Below are positions 23,701 through 36,388 of a stretch of DNA of 64,000 nt, piece by piece. The stretch lies in contig CM060731.1 in assembly GCA_030704615.1 (NCBI GenBank), forward strand, positions 61,876,001-61,940,000, in the 5' to 3' direction. The stretch is from Takakia lepidozioides (Eukaryota > Plantae > Bryophyta). The notes beneath the pieces are model-generated. The model saw nothing but the letters and a program-made list of their open reading frames with translations. It had not been told where the DNA came from and searched no databases. Position 1 is the first letter of the stretch. Each line of letters starts with the position of its first letter. Made by a program: the position numbers and the translations under genes.

Positions 23701-24010
23701 ATCTTCTGTGATGGAATGACATCCTGGGTTTCTCGGGGATGCTGAATCCACAGTTTCATGCGTGCGAACAAAGGACACGTCCCACACAACTGGAGTCCCA
23801 ATCGCCTCCTTCAATGTGTCAGCATCCATGTGTCGATAAGGCAGAGGACAGGAGCCGAATGCGTCATCACAAAAGATCAGGGTAACTGAAATGGTGGATG
23901 AACACAAGTGGTGTCCGTGGCAAGTTCCATCCCCAGAAACATTCAAGCAATCTCCTGAGGCAACAACTGAAGGAGATCCAGGAAGCAACAGAAACACCCT
24001 TCGGCCTACT
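20705..24010 (-). pseudogene. DUF7869/Sola-like DDD-type transposase of element C; frameshifted, with introns
   Basis: CCKLQCC, VCEKAWWIIHG, FAKCTEC, FLCIIHD, LTGMVTHGHG, FYLQMDNSSKDNKN and FLMVGLTHEDIDGFFS. The N-terminus has two TNP1/En-Spm-like beta domains (VASG...HGH.L...PLPY...TLKEAIGTPVVW). Confidence 0.75.
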
Positions 24011-27000
24011 TGGAACCCCATGAAGTTAGTAACCTCCACTGGGCAGTGGAGGTTCAGTAAAATCCTATTGCAGGACTGAAGATTAACTGAAGGAAAGAAC
24101 GTCGTGCCACCGAAAGGAGAAACTTTAAGTATAACTTTTTCGACGGTTTTGAATGCGAAAAACAATATGGATTGAAAAAGTAAAGTCAATGTTTGGATCT
24201 ATACTGGGACTGATGAAACACAATTGGAATTAAATTGGAGTATGAGGGCGGAGTATAGACTACATCTATCTGAATTGTCAGATGAAGTCACAAATGCCAA
24301 CCTCCACTGGACAATGGAGGTTGGATGATATCTGTTGATGAAATCAACCACATGGATGAACAATGGATAATGAAGAAGCCCTTTGTAGATGAAAAATTGA
24401 TTCTATGGATGGATGAATATTAATGCCCAGTGGAGGTTTGGGAGTAACTTTAGACAAACAAAAGGAAGTTTAGCTGGTGCACATGGAGAGTACACAAAAA
24501 AATGAGTATCATACTATCCTACGTGAGAAATGTGCAGTTGACACCGGAGACTAAGGAAGCAGGGAGAGACTCAGAGGCTGCTTCAGAAGTACCCTATGGG
24601 CAGAGTGGTGCAGGACAGGCAAAGAGGTACACGTTGTCCAGAGAGGTGCGTGAGAGAAAAGAAGCAAGTGAGAGGTTCAAAGTGGGAAGTTGGTGTTGTG
24701 TGGAGTCAGACGTTATATAGAGGTGACATGTAACTTTCATCTTTGAATCGCTCCAATGGCAGTGTGGTATGCTTTCTCTCCCGAATCGATTGTGGCCACC
24801 GTGGATTAAGGCGGAATCGAACGGCTTATTTCATTCGCGAAATCACGGCTTCATTGAAAGTGTGCACAATTTTCCATTTATTGACAGCAGCCATTGTCAC
24901 ATTAATTATGGAACAAACGATAACGGCCGCGATCAGACTGAATTCTATCGTACTTGTACGTTAGTAGGACTACAAGTCTGGCATCATAATCGTGCGGCTC
25001 TGACAGCAGACTCTGGAATAAACGTGAATGATGTCGATTCTAACAAGTGGCCTAGAGAAATGAAGTTAGGCGGCTAATCGCTACCACTTATTCTGGACTG
25101 CACATTAACAATCGATCATTATAATTAGCTGGGAGGAATCCGGAGGTGAACCATAAAGCACTTTGAGATTGTTCTGTTTATATTTATCGTGCTGTTACAG
25201 TGAATAAAACACTTGGGCAGGGCGGGGCATTTCATGCCGGCGCATAGCATTGGACAGCGAGGGCGGTGCATTACAGGTGTGCGGAATGCTCTGCCGTGCA
25301 TTGCTTGCTTGCACATGTTTAATGTAGGGATGGACCCCTCGTGTCGGGTATCCCTCGATAAATGGGCAGTCCTATGGTGGCTCTGGACCTTAAATCGAGG
25401 AATGCCCGACACGAGGGGCCATCTACTATCCTTAAAGCCGTATGTCACATGACACTTGCGGGTGTTGTCAGGGAATATTGACGCCAGGCGGCTAACAGTC
25501 GAAAGTAATTGTGGACGGCTCATAATGAGACAATGATTATAGAATGTGACGAATCCGTAGGTACAACGTTGTGTCCTCTGGCAGATTGAGTTCAAAACGA
25601 CTGCCTAGGCGTGTCACGTGGGTGGTCACATGTGCGTTTGGGGCGTGGGTTAAGGTTTGTTGGCATCGAATCTATTTTAAGATTTTTGTAAGCGTGAGGG
25701 TTGCAGAGTCTGACCAATGGCGTCATTACAATCATTTCGTCCTTTTTTCATTCGTCTGTCCAGTCATCTGTCCAAACGTGTGTGCATTTGTGGAACAAAA
25801 GTTGAACTGATTTCATCTGTGTGGATGGACAGTATTAATGTTAGTTTGCGTGGATGGGGTAGAACATCCATTTGGGCCGCGCGACCGTTCGATTTCGGAT
25901 GGAGGCGATGGTTCAAATCATCCTTGAAGGTCGCTTATAAGGGGTGCGCTCTTTGAGCCCGGCCTTTGGGCTTCCCATTTTCTACGCGTAAGCGCTGCGC
26001 GAGTGAGAGCTTAACAGTTGAGAGAGGAGAGCGTGAAAGAGAAGAGTTTTGGAGCTCATTTTGCAGCGACTGAATACTGGAGCGTGGAGAGAAAGAGAGC
26101 AGACTTGGCCGAGTGCAGAGAGAGGAGAGGGTGAAAGGTGAGAGAGTGAAATAGGCAAAATTTGAAGAGCGGGGAGGAGAGACCGGACAATGGCGAGTGT
26201 AGAGGCGAGAGCACAGTGCAATTACCAACAGGCGGAGGTGCGGGAGAGAGTATCAAACGAAGGACTATGGTTGCAGGGGCACCAAAATGGCCGGCACAAG
26301 CAGGTACAACATTGAAAACTCCCTCTTTTCGTCTTCTGTTTCATGTTTTGTGTTGGTCTATTCTGAATTCATGTGTTGGCCTGCTCTCGATTCATGTGGC
26401 CTGTTCTATATTCAATTCGTTTGGATCCTGCTTTATTCTATGCTGCACTGCACTGTCTTCAGTGCTTCAGTCCGTGCTTCAGTGCACATTAGGTTTCTGT
26501 TTCATTGTTTGCTTCATTGTTTGCTTCATTCTCTGTCAATTCATTTCACTCTTGCTCCATTCTATGCTTCAGTGCATTCATGCGTCATTGCTTCATTGTT
26601 GTTTTTCAATTCACCGATGGTTTGTAGGGTGGTTTTGTGTGGTGATTTTGTGTGCAATTGGGTTTGAGTGTGCTTATTCTGGTCGATTAGGGTAATGGTT
26701 TAGGGTGGCGGGAGATTACCGTGCTAGTTGTATTGCTTATTTGGTTGATTGTGGTGGTTTTTTTAGGACAGTGGTTTCGGAAATGCCCGGATGTTTATTT
26801 CTCAACCGTTTTCTTGATCCCCAAATCCAGCGTTAGTTTGTTCTTGTCAATCAATAGTTGATGCATTTCTTCCCATTCAAATTCAATTTTGAATGGAAAT
26901 TTTTATTTCTTATCCAATTTTGTCGAATTCGGCAATTCTAAAAAACCACGATAGCCTAGTGTACTTGTATTCTACAGTAGACATAGGCTAACAGTGGGCT

Positions 27001-27341
27001 TCGTGTAGGCCAGAGTAGACTATTCGTAGACCCATGTCATGCACATGAGGAACCATAAACTGGAACCTCCACTGCCCAGTGGAGGTTCGCGTGAATTCTG
27101 TATGGGGAAGCTGAATGACATTTTTTCAAAGTAAGGACGAAATCGGATAATTCCGGGAAAATTGAAAATCAGTTTGAGACGATGTGGGAACGAGTGATGG
27201 AATCATATGTGTAACATTGTAAGTGTGACACATACTTCCAACGAGACTGGGATACGATAATTGGAAACTCCACTACCCAGTGGAGGTTTGATATTTCTTT
27301 GGGTCAACCAGTTACACACTCTGAATAGTTTTTATGTCAGA

Positions 27342-28003
27342 ATGAGAAAGAGGAACGAGGTTGGGGAACCGGTGTCTGACGATGAGTACAAGACCGCCAG
27401 ATTAAATTGGAGCAAGAGACGGTGTTCGATAGATGTGATGGAAGCGGACCATCTAGATAAAAAAACATGGTGTTTCGGAACCAGATGAAAAATCCAGTTG
27501 GGGGTCTATCGAGCCGAACAAAGTGTCTGTCAATGACGAAAATGTGACTGTAGAATCCCCGCGGAACGCATCCGAATCTCCGAACAATACACCTGAAGAC
27601 ATCTGTAAGGATTCCCTGGAGGAAGGAAATAGAGAAAGCGTTCATGTAAATAATGATGTCAACGGATCTCCTGCCTACTCCCAAGATTATCCGAAATACA
27701 CCAGACTATTCAGACTATTCCCCGGATACATTGGCGGCGATACGAGTGAACGTTTTTGGATATCCAGCATCTCCGGGTTACTCGCCAGCATCTCCTGAAT
27801 CCACAACAGGATCTGAAGGATATTACCCTCCAAATTTCCTCCTGGACACTGCAACGAGGGGGGGGAGCCTGGAACTACTAGACGTCTCCTGATCTCCAGG
27901 ATACTCCCCTACGTCTCCTGATAGTATCACCGGATCCCCAAAATATACACCTCCAGACTATTCGCCTAATACACTCAGAGAGATAAGAAGGAGCATTTTG
28001 TAG
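27342..28003 (+). pseudogene. Short Ser/Pro/Tyr-rich gene containing RNA Pol II CTD-like heptads; disrupted
   Basis: GSPAYS, DYSDYSPD and YPASPGYSPASPE; reading through the TGA at 27890 gives SPGYSPTSPD...SPKYTPPDYSPN, ending at TAG 28001-28003. Confidence 0.5.
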
Positions 28004-28304
28004 TTCTTGGGTATAGAATATAGAATCGTCTGAATATAGTGCGAGAAGTTCCTTAGTATATTTTGAACAAATTATGTTCGAAGATTTCTATTGTAGATTT
28101 GTCCTGTTTCAGGATGATGTACTCAATGGCTCCTGAGCCTCATTTTCAAAGTTTTTTTCTACAACATCTGTAAAATATGGAGGATTTCCCATTTCATTTA
28201 GAAAGCCTCGTACATACGAACCTCCACTATCCAGCGGAGGTTCTCATTTCTGGAATGATGGATGCTAGTAAGAGAGATCATGTTATTTGATTATCTAATG
28301 AATT

Positions 28305-31300
28305 GTGTTTGGTTGTAACAGAAGACATCATACACCACCAGATTGCGTCCAGGGATTGATTGGAGATATTTGTGGCGCATTCGTATGTCGGAAGTCTTCA
28401 CATTTCAAAACTGAGCATACCGTAATTTTTGAGCTTAACCCAGAGGTGACAGATTGGGGCATCGTGCCTGTCGGTACACCTCTGTCTTTTCATTACAGAA
28501 GTCTTGGAGTAATAACAGACTTAAAATATGCAGAAGCTCTCGATATAGAGCTTGAATCTGAGGAGGAAAATCCGATGTTGGTTTTGTTCCTGCATGAGGA
28601 TGCGAGAACCCCCAGGACGTTTGGTTTCAAAGTGGAGGTGGTCGTGGAACAAGTCGTTGATGAGTGAATGCGTTGCACTGGGTTTTAGATTTTCAGACGA
28701 GGGCTCAGTATTTACCGACGTAGGTTTGTCGAGGGCCTAGAGTATTTTTCTGGATCTTCTGCACGCAATGGGGAACGACATTCGAGGAAGCATCAAAATC
28801 GAAGAAGGAAAAACGCAAGTCGTCGACAGCCGACAATGATGACAATGAGACCGGGACTTCAGCGGGAAAGGGAAAGAAGAAACAGAACTAGCTCTAAGGA
28901 GCATGGTTTACAGGCCGTTAAATATCAAGCATAAGGACGAAGTGAAAGCGCGACTGTTCCAATTTCATTTGTTCGACTCCAAACATCCGGTGTATCTTGC
29001 GCCAATCAACCCTTCCAATCCAGAGAAGATTGCTTCATCGCGACCGAAGCAATGGAAGGAGATGGACGTATCAAGGTTCTTCGTAATTGGGGGACAACAC
29101 ACGATCGTGGCAGCAATGGTAATGGACTTCATTTCTTCCTAGATCACCTCTCTTTTAACGAACCTCCACTGGGCAGTGGAGGTTGGTGTTGAACTACAAA
29201 ATTGGATATGTCCCCACACTTTCAACTCTCTCACCCATTTTACATTAACTGTAAGCAGAACTTCTCGAGGATCTTGCCAACAACGAACTGAAGGAGTACT
29301 ACCGGGAGTGGCCTGCGAAGATTGTATGGTCTACCGATGAACAAAGGCTCATGAAGTTGTCAAAGCTCCTCAACGATCCCAATAAGGCGCAAAAGTTGAT
29401 ACAACAATGCGCGGAGAAAGTTGCGCATGAGCGAATGTTATTCAACTGAGGGGGAAGCCAAAGAAATAGAACGATCACACCACCAAGTCCGAGACGAAAC
29501 AATGGAAGGTATGCATTTATGTAATCAAAATCTACTATTCACATTCATTTTATGCTAAAGAATACTTTTGTTGTCGGAGTGACAACTAATTTATCCCTGG
29601 ATGAATGTGCAGGAGTTCATGTTTGCCTGTCATTTGATACTTGAAATGGGTAGCATTAGGAGGGGCAATGGTCCTGGTACTTTGTTATGTAATCAAATCT
29701 ACTATTCACATTCATTTTATGCTAAAGAATACTTTTGTTGTCGGAGTGACAACTAATTTATCCCTGGATGAATGTGCAGGAGTTCATGTTTGCCTGTCAT
29801 TTGATACTTGAAATGGGTAGCATTAAGGAGGCAATGGTCCTGGTACTTTGCGACGACGACGTTTGGAAGATTTGGGAAGATGTTTTCAAAAACTGGGAGC
29901 AGAGAAAGCTACTCGACCCGCTTGGGATACAGTACAAGGGTGAACAGCAACAACTCATGAAATCTGTTATCGCAAAGCTGCAAGGGTTGAACAGATGGCA
30001 GTTGATAAAAGTTGCGCAAAAAATCCTGGACCTGAAATTGACCATTCGAGATTACAAAGGTTAAGACAAATCAATTCAAGGCATGAACAAGTACATAGAC
30101 GACATGAAAATGCGTTGGTTTATTGTCGATGATGTGATGGAAGTGTTGGGGTGGCCTCGTAGGAGCAAACAATGCACGGAACTGTACACTAAGGACGAGT
30201 GGCGTGAAGTGAAGAGAAAGTACCACTTCAATAAGGCAGAGTTCTCAACATTTAAAGACAAACTGGGGATGGATTACATCCAAAGCAAGATCAAGATGAA
30301 CATGGAGACAAAACCACTCACGGCCGCTTTTGTTAAGTACGTCTCCTCCATCAAGAAAGCTTATGAGGATAGAGAGGATGCCATGGCGATTATTTCAGCG
30401 AGTTTCAAGACTCATTACGCTATCATGGGTGGAGAAACAAAATTTGCCAATGCCAAGTCCCGTCTGCGACTCGCACCGAAGAAACGGTTTGACAACATAG
30501 CGATGGTGTTCGTCAATACAGTTTCTGAAGACGACTCTGTGGTATTTGAGTCCAAGGATTATGTGAACATACTGGAGGCCTTTGTGGCTCAGAAAATGAA
30601 CACGAGTGCTTTTGTTTTCTTCTCGACACAACCGTCCTCGGCCAATCTGGTCTCCTACATCCAAAATGGTCCCGGAAGAACATCGTATCTTGTCCGTCAG
30701 GGATTTTATGTTCTGGGAGAGTATGAAAATATTTACAGAAATAGCACGAAGACTTTCTCTCGGACTGTACTGTGCCTGGACTATGTTTTTCCAGCGACAC
30801 CTAAGGAGATGTAGAATCCGGACGAGCACATCTCCACCGTACTCTTAATCGAGCCAATACAGCCGATTCTGGAAGGGCCTTCTGAGAAGCCATCAGCTTT
30901 TGAAGAAGAGTGCAGGACTTATAATCATGAGCTACGAGCTGACACATAAGACTATTTGGCCTCCTTGTTTTGTCGAGACGGGATGTCCGCTGTCAACATC
31001 TTCGGAGGTGTGATGTTGACGTACCCCTTCATGTAAGTGTAAAACCTTTTTGCATTTTTAATATACGAATTTTACATTTTTGATCGAACACGTCCTCTGT
31101 TTTACTGATTTGGGTTTATCCTTCAGGCAAGAAACATTCGAGTGCTTGACATCACCCCACTTCAACCAAAAATAAATTTGCAAAGGAAAAGTTGAAGCGA
31201 ATTTTAAGAAGCTTCAAATTGAGAATGACAATGTTGCTGAAGAGATTGACGGTGGAGACGATGATGAGGATGAGGAGGAGGAAGATGAAGACTTGGAAGA

Positions 31301-31414
31301 AGGAGGCGGACATTCCGAACACGGAGAGGAGGATGAGGGCATCGATGGTAACGGGGACAACGAGGGCCACAATGGTGACAATGCACCGTTGGGAGGGCTG
31401 GACACCTACATGTG
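28305..31414 (+). pseudogene. Second ParB-like multi-exon gene with a C-terminal degenerate beta-class DNA-methyltransferase-like region and an acidic tail
   Basis: VYRPLN...HPVYLAP...FFVIGGQHTIVAA is ParB/Srx-like. Later come FDNIAMVFVNT and ELRADT*DYLASLFCRDGMSAVNIFGG...ARNIRVLDI, then a poly-D/E tail at 31240-31380. Several stops and frameshifts. Confidence 0.55.
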
Positions 31415-32474
31415 ATTCAGGATTTCAGAACTCAGTCACAGTTTGGTATTGAGACCATCACCCAAGACGTTGTGGTCCACAAGGTCGTGATAATGGATGG
31501 GGATTCGTCGAGTTCAAGTGAGAGAACTAAGAGTAATCCTGCTTCACCATCAAGGGGTGCGGAGGCGAGCTCAATCGAGGTGGGCGCAACATGTTTTTAG
31601 TGCAGAAGACTGGTTCAAACCTTTAGAAGGGGACGAGCCTGCGCCAATGTCCCCGTCTCCTGCAAAAGAGAGGGTAGAGAGAGCGAGGACAAAGGCCCCG
31701 TGTCCCACAAAAGACAGCGGACACAGAGGGGACTAGGAGCCCGTCCCCCGGAAAAATGGACAATGGTGACAAGGGCAGACTAAAGCCCGTCTCCCAGAAA
31801 AATCAGCGGAGGCAGAGGCCGAACTCAGAGCCGAACTCACTCTCAAAGTGTCTCCCAGCATGTCAATTTGGATGTAGGTAACGAATGACATCTGGAGATT
31901 TATGGTGTCTTTAGCATTATAAAGGGAACAAATTGTTGTATTGCATCTGGTTTTGTTCTGGTTGTGTTTTTGCCAATACCTGATCTGTATCTTGATATTT
32001 CTTTCTTTCTTGAATTTTACATGTGACTGACGGTAAGAAATCTCGTATAGATCCATGAACGGAAATTGGAGGAAATCACACAAACCCGGACAGAATCCAT
32101 CGCGACTCAAACAGTGAGGAGGCAGGTGGACTTAACAATAAGGGCCAGCCCAATTGATCCGGTCATACAAACAACCTCCATTGCCCAGTCGACGTTGCGA
32201 GATGGAGGAGATGTGTCGAAGATGGTCGTTGCTCACCGCGAAGGAAAAGAGAGCGAGCAGCAACACACAAATTCGAAATCCCTCCCCAAACGGGTATAAC
32301 CCTCATAACCATCTTAGCTATGTTCTTTTTTTTTCTTCTTCTACTTTTCAAATAAAATTAATTGTTCTGTTATTCCACATGGATGATATGATTCACCTCC
32401 AATCGACTATCACAAATTTGTGAACCCACAGGATTGGTATCACCCTCTCTGAGGGACCGAAGGATGTCGACCAG

Positions 32475-34028
32475 GATACTACGTCCTGGTCCTTGACGTT
32501 GGTTACCTTGGTGAGGTTTACCTCCGAGATGCCCGAGATCCCCTCCCGCAACCCATCCTTGTGTGTGCGCTGGAAAATTCAAGCTTGCAGTCCGAAATGG
32601 GTTGGACGACTTCCTGAAATGGGTCCTTAAGCATTTTAAGGTCTACTTTTGGAACATTGGACCGTTAGAAAATGTCCTGGATATAGGGCTGGCTTTGTTT
32701 GGAAGAAGGTTTTACAAGGTCAGGGAATTCAACAATGAGAACTGCGTGAAGCATAGACAGACGTTCAGTGCTGAATGGCCCAAATATCCGAAAACGCCAA
32801 TATATCTTAAATGTCTCTACGACCTTTTCACTGTAGACGACCCTGTAGCGTACAAATCAAACACACTTCTTATCGACACTGTAGAAAATATGTATAAGTC
32901 GTACTTGAACCCAAAGTCGATCGGTATCTTCCTTCCAAAATATAAAGCGCTCATCGACCCATACAATGACAAGTTTTTTCTGGATGAACTCAAACTGCAC
33001 CTGGAAGAGTTGTGGTTATCCGGAAAAGACGCTGATATATTCAACGTGGAAAAACCCATAGGATGTCCACCGTATAATGACCCAAAGGTCAAATGCCTCT
33101 TGCTATGGGATTTGAAGTGACAGGTTTATTTAGAAAACAAAAATTTCTTGACGCTTCCTTGGAACAGATTGAAATGTAGATGGCTGCTAGAGATTTTCCT
33201 GAACCTCGATTGTCCAGTGGACGTTGCTCCAAATGTCAATCCTGTCCTTGGTTTATCTTGATTACCACCTGAGTGGATGTATGAATTTCTCACAGATTGC
33301 AGCACCAGTTTCTCCAGTTGGGAAAGGATCGCGCTTGATAATTTTTGACCTGAATGGAGTTTTGTGCAAAGTTTTGAAGCACCAAAAGAGCTACATTGTC
33401 CCCCGAATGTTCGAGATAAACTACGGGATACCAGCTCTTGTTGGATTTCGACTGGTCTATAGGCGGGAAAAATATCGTGAGATGTGGACAGAGTTGAACA
33501 AACATTTCCGTCTAGGTATTTGGAGCTGCATGACGTACAAGAACTTGCAGCCTATCTTGGACCTTATGCTTCGGGGTCTTCCTCAGCCGGAATTTGTTAT
33601 GTCTCAGGAAGATTGTATCTCCTGTCCTACTTCTGTCCACCCTCAATTTATATCAGGATACGACCCGCCGAGTCTGTTCTTGAAGCCATTGATGACGGTC
33701 TGGCAAAGATTTGGTGGTCAGTACAATAGGAGAAACATTCTACTCATTGACGATTCTGCTATTAAAGTGTGTGTTGAACCCGCCTGAATCCTGTCTGATT
33801 CTAAAATCGTTTGAATCCGTTGAGACAGACTCTTGCTATCTCCAGAAGGTTCTTCATAAACATTTGCTTGAAATGAAGAAATCTCGCACCGTTTCCAGTT
33901 ATCTCAGGGAAAAGAGGATAGGACTTAAGCCTTGTCAGAATGTTTCCACCGATCCCAAGTTTAAGCCTCTCCTGGGTTATGTTGATGATTCTAATTACGG
34001 GAATCTCCGATATGATGCTTCAAAATAA
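32475..34028 (+). pseudogene. Two tandem FCP1/SCP-like (NIF, HAD-superfamily) phosphatase-like domains
   Basis: Domain 1: YVLVLDVGYL / RNGLDDFLKWVLKHFKVYFW / NTLLIDT. Domain 2: LIIFDLNGVL / HFRLGIWS / FVMSQEDC / FLKPL / NILLIDDS..KC.LNP. Confidence 0.8.
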
Positions 34029-35553
34029 AGATTTTATTGATCAACCATGTCTGTGATTCAATGTTTATTTTTGATTGGTTTTTTTTATAGGTTATATTGT
34101 ATTTCTATAAAAACTGTTGTGTACTGTGATTTCCTTTTCAATCTGAATTGACATGGAATTGTTTGCTATTTCCTAGTCTCATCCATGCGTTTCTCCACCC
34201 TATACCATCCCGATCCTCTGAGATACAAGCCTTCTCCGAAACTCGTCTCGGGGTCTTCTTCAAATCCGACAACCTCCACTGTGCAGTGGAGGTTATCCTG
34301 TTTCTGTACATTGACCTTGTAAGTTCGTTTCTGCATGTTCATGGCGATGCTGCTGATGCCAACTTCTTGTAGGGACCTCCATTGGAATCTTCCATATCAG
34401 AAATTCGTCCACAGAGGGACAACAATCACACTACTTTTGAGATTTTTGTCATCGACGGTGAAGCATCATCCAGGCACTTGGCTTCCCTTCAATTGCACGA
34501 CCCTTTTCTTCAGTCCATTCCTGAAAAAGATGTTCTGTCGCATGATCGTTTAGGATTGAATGTCGAAGATGGAAGCCAACTTGACAAATGTGCACGGGAT
34601 TTCGTGGACCTCACTCTACAATCCTCACCCTCCATGTTAAGTGTCAAGGGTCTGAAATCTACCTCGAGAATGTCATCCGTTGAGGACGCGGCTGAGGCTG
34701 CGGCTCCGCAGCACACTGTTGCCTCTCTTCCCTCCTTCTCTCCCCAGCACGAAGGTTTGACAGCCCAAATCAGAAAGAGTCAGGTAAAATTACTTATATC
34801 TGAATTCTAACTCGTCCTTTTGTTTTCCTTAGTACTGGGTCTGATGTTCTTGTTTTATTCCAGGCTAGAAAATCTGCGGATTGTGACCTTCCTGTCAAAC
34901 GACGTCTTCATTGGAAATCTGTTCCGAGGTAATCCCTTCGTTACGTGTGAATTCCATTCAGGATGTGGAGTGCTCAAGGGACAATTTCCATTCCGTTCCC
35001 CTTCTCCGCAACCCTTTCGGCGAGGACAAGGACAAAACTTCAATTGCAACTTTTCGGCTTCTCGACCCTGCAGTGTTGGTGCAATGTTCTGCACCAAGGA
35101 AGCGGAATAGGGCCCCCAAACCATTTCCATGTCTTCTACAAATCGGTTCCACCAGAGGAAAGTCCTTCGTCAGAGACAAAACAGACTCGAGGAAGAAGAG
35201 GAATACCTCGGACATACCGGGGTCTTGTCAAAACACGTCCGTTCGGATGTCAAGCTCGCCAGCGAGACTTTCCAATAAGGCGACATTGGTATTATTCGAT
35301 ATCATTTCTCCACTTTCTTCTCTTTTCTGTTCGTTTGGTTATGCACTAATTGCCTCCATCTTTTCTCAATAGGCGGGGATGCAGCAAGATACCTTCATCA
35401 ATTTCATCAATTTAGGTACTTTTCTGAACCTCCACTTGGCAATCGACGTTCCTCTTCTTAGCAATATTAACCCTCATCTTCAAACATTCCAAGCCCACAA
35501 CATTGTGCAGTATTTTGCCATTTTCTGCACAATCGTGTTGATCTTCCATACAC

Positions 35554-36280
35554 TGTCGCGGCCCTTTGCCTTGAGGGCAGGGGGTCGGGACACATGAGGG
35601 GCTGCCCATGTGGTGGGGGCAGCGGCAGCGATAGGTATGGGGGGCTGAAGCACCCTTGAGTGCCCAAGGCACTCAGGGAAGCGGAGGCGCTCACTAGGTG
35701 GAGCCCCGCACACCGGGTTGCGGTGGGGGTGGCTCCACAAGGGGTGGTGGTAGCTTAGCGGGACTTAGTGGGGGTGGCATAGGACTCACCATGGGGGCGG
35801 AGACCTCGTGGTGGGAGTCGTGGGGAGTCTTGGGACTCATCACGGTCCATAGGGGCCGTGGTGAGCGGGCCAAGACTCACCGCGACTCATCACCGGGAGT
35901 CGAGGGTTTTCGTGGTGGTTCGCCATAAAATGGCATGGCTGGTTGTGGAACCCCCGCGGACAGCTACAGAAGTATATATAGGGAGTAGTAACCCCGAGAA
36001 CGGTGCAAGCCCGTTGGTGACCAAAACTAGTGAGTAAGCGTGCGAGCCGGAAAGCGACCAAAGAGTGGGGAGCTGTTCCGGACTGCCATCTACCAAAGGG
36101 AATTCTCCTAGTCCCAATTAGGTGGAGGGTTTAGAGGGAAGCGAAGGGGGGGACCGTTATGTCCCGGTGAGCAGCCGAAGCTCCAAGTTGGCCCGGGCGG
36201 CCAGGTTGGGAGTTAGGCGCGCGCATCAAAGCGAGTAACTATGACTTGAAGGGGAGCTTTCCAAAGTGAGGTGTGCGACA
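35554..36280 (-). mobile_element. Solo LTR (727 bp, probably internally deleted) with 5-bp TSD TACAC
   Basis: Termini TGTCGC...GCGACA; TACAC at 35549-35553 and 36281-36285; homologous to 13430-14016 (inverted) and 14463-14583 (direct). Confidence 0.93.
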
Positions 36281-36388
36281 TACACTCAATCATTCTGGGT
36301 CGTGTATATTTATCATGGCAGAAACACTAATGTCAGTGTGTGATTAACCTGCTCAGGATAACTTTGTCTCTCATCCTTTACATGCAAC

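Noticed and set aside
26162-26695. Cys/Phe-rich membrane-protein-like ORF
   Set aside because: It derives from a TGCTTCATTGTT-type low-complexity tract, probably UTR or intron, with no recognisable motif.
27342-28003. Fragment of the RPB1 gene
   Set aside because: Only a few non-contiguous heptads and no polymerase domains nearby.
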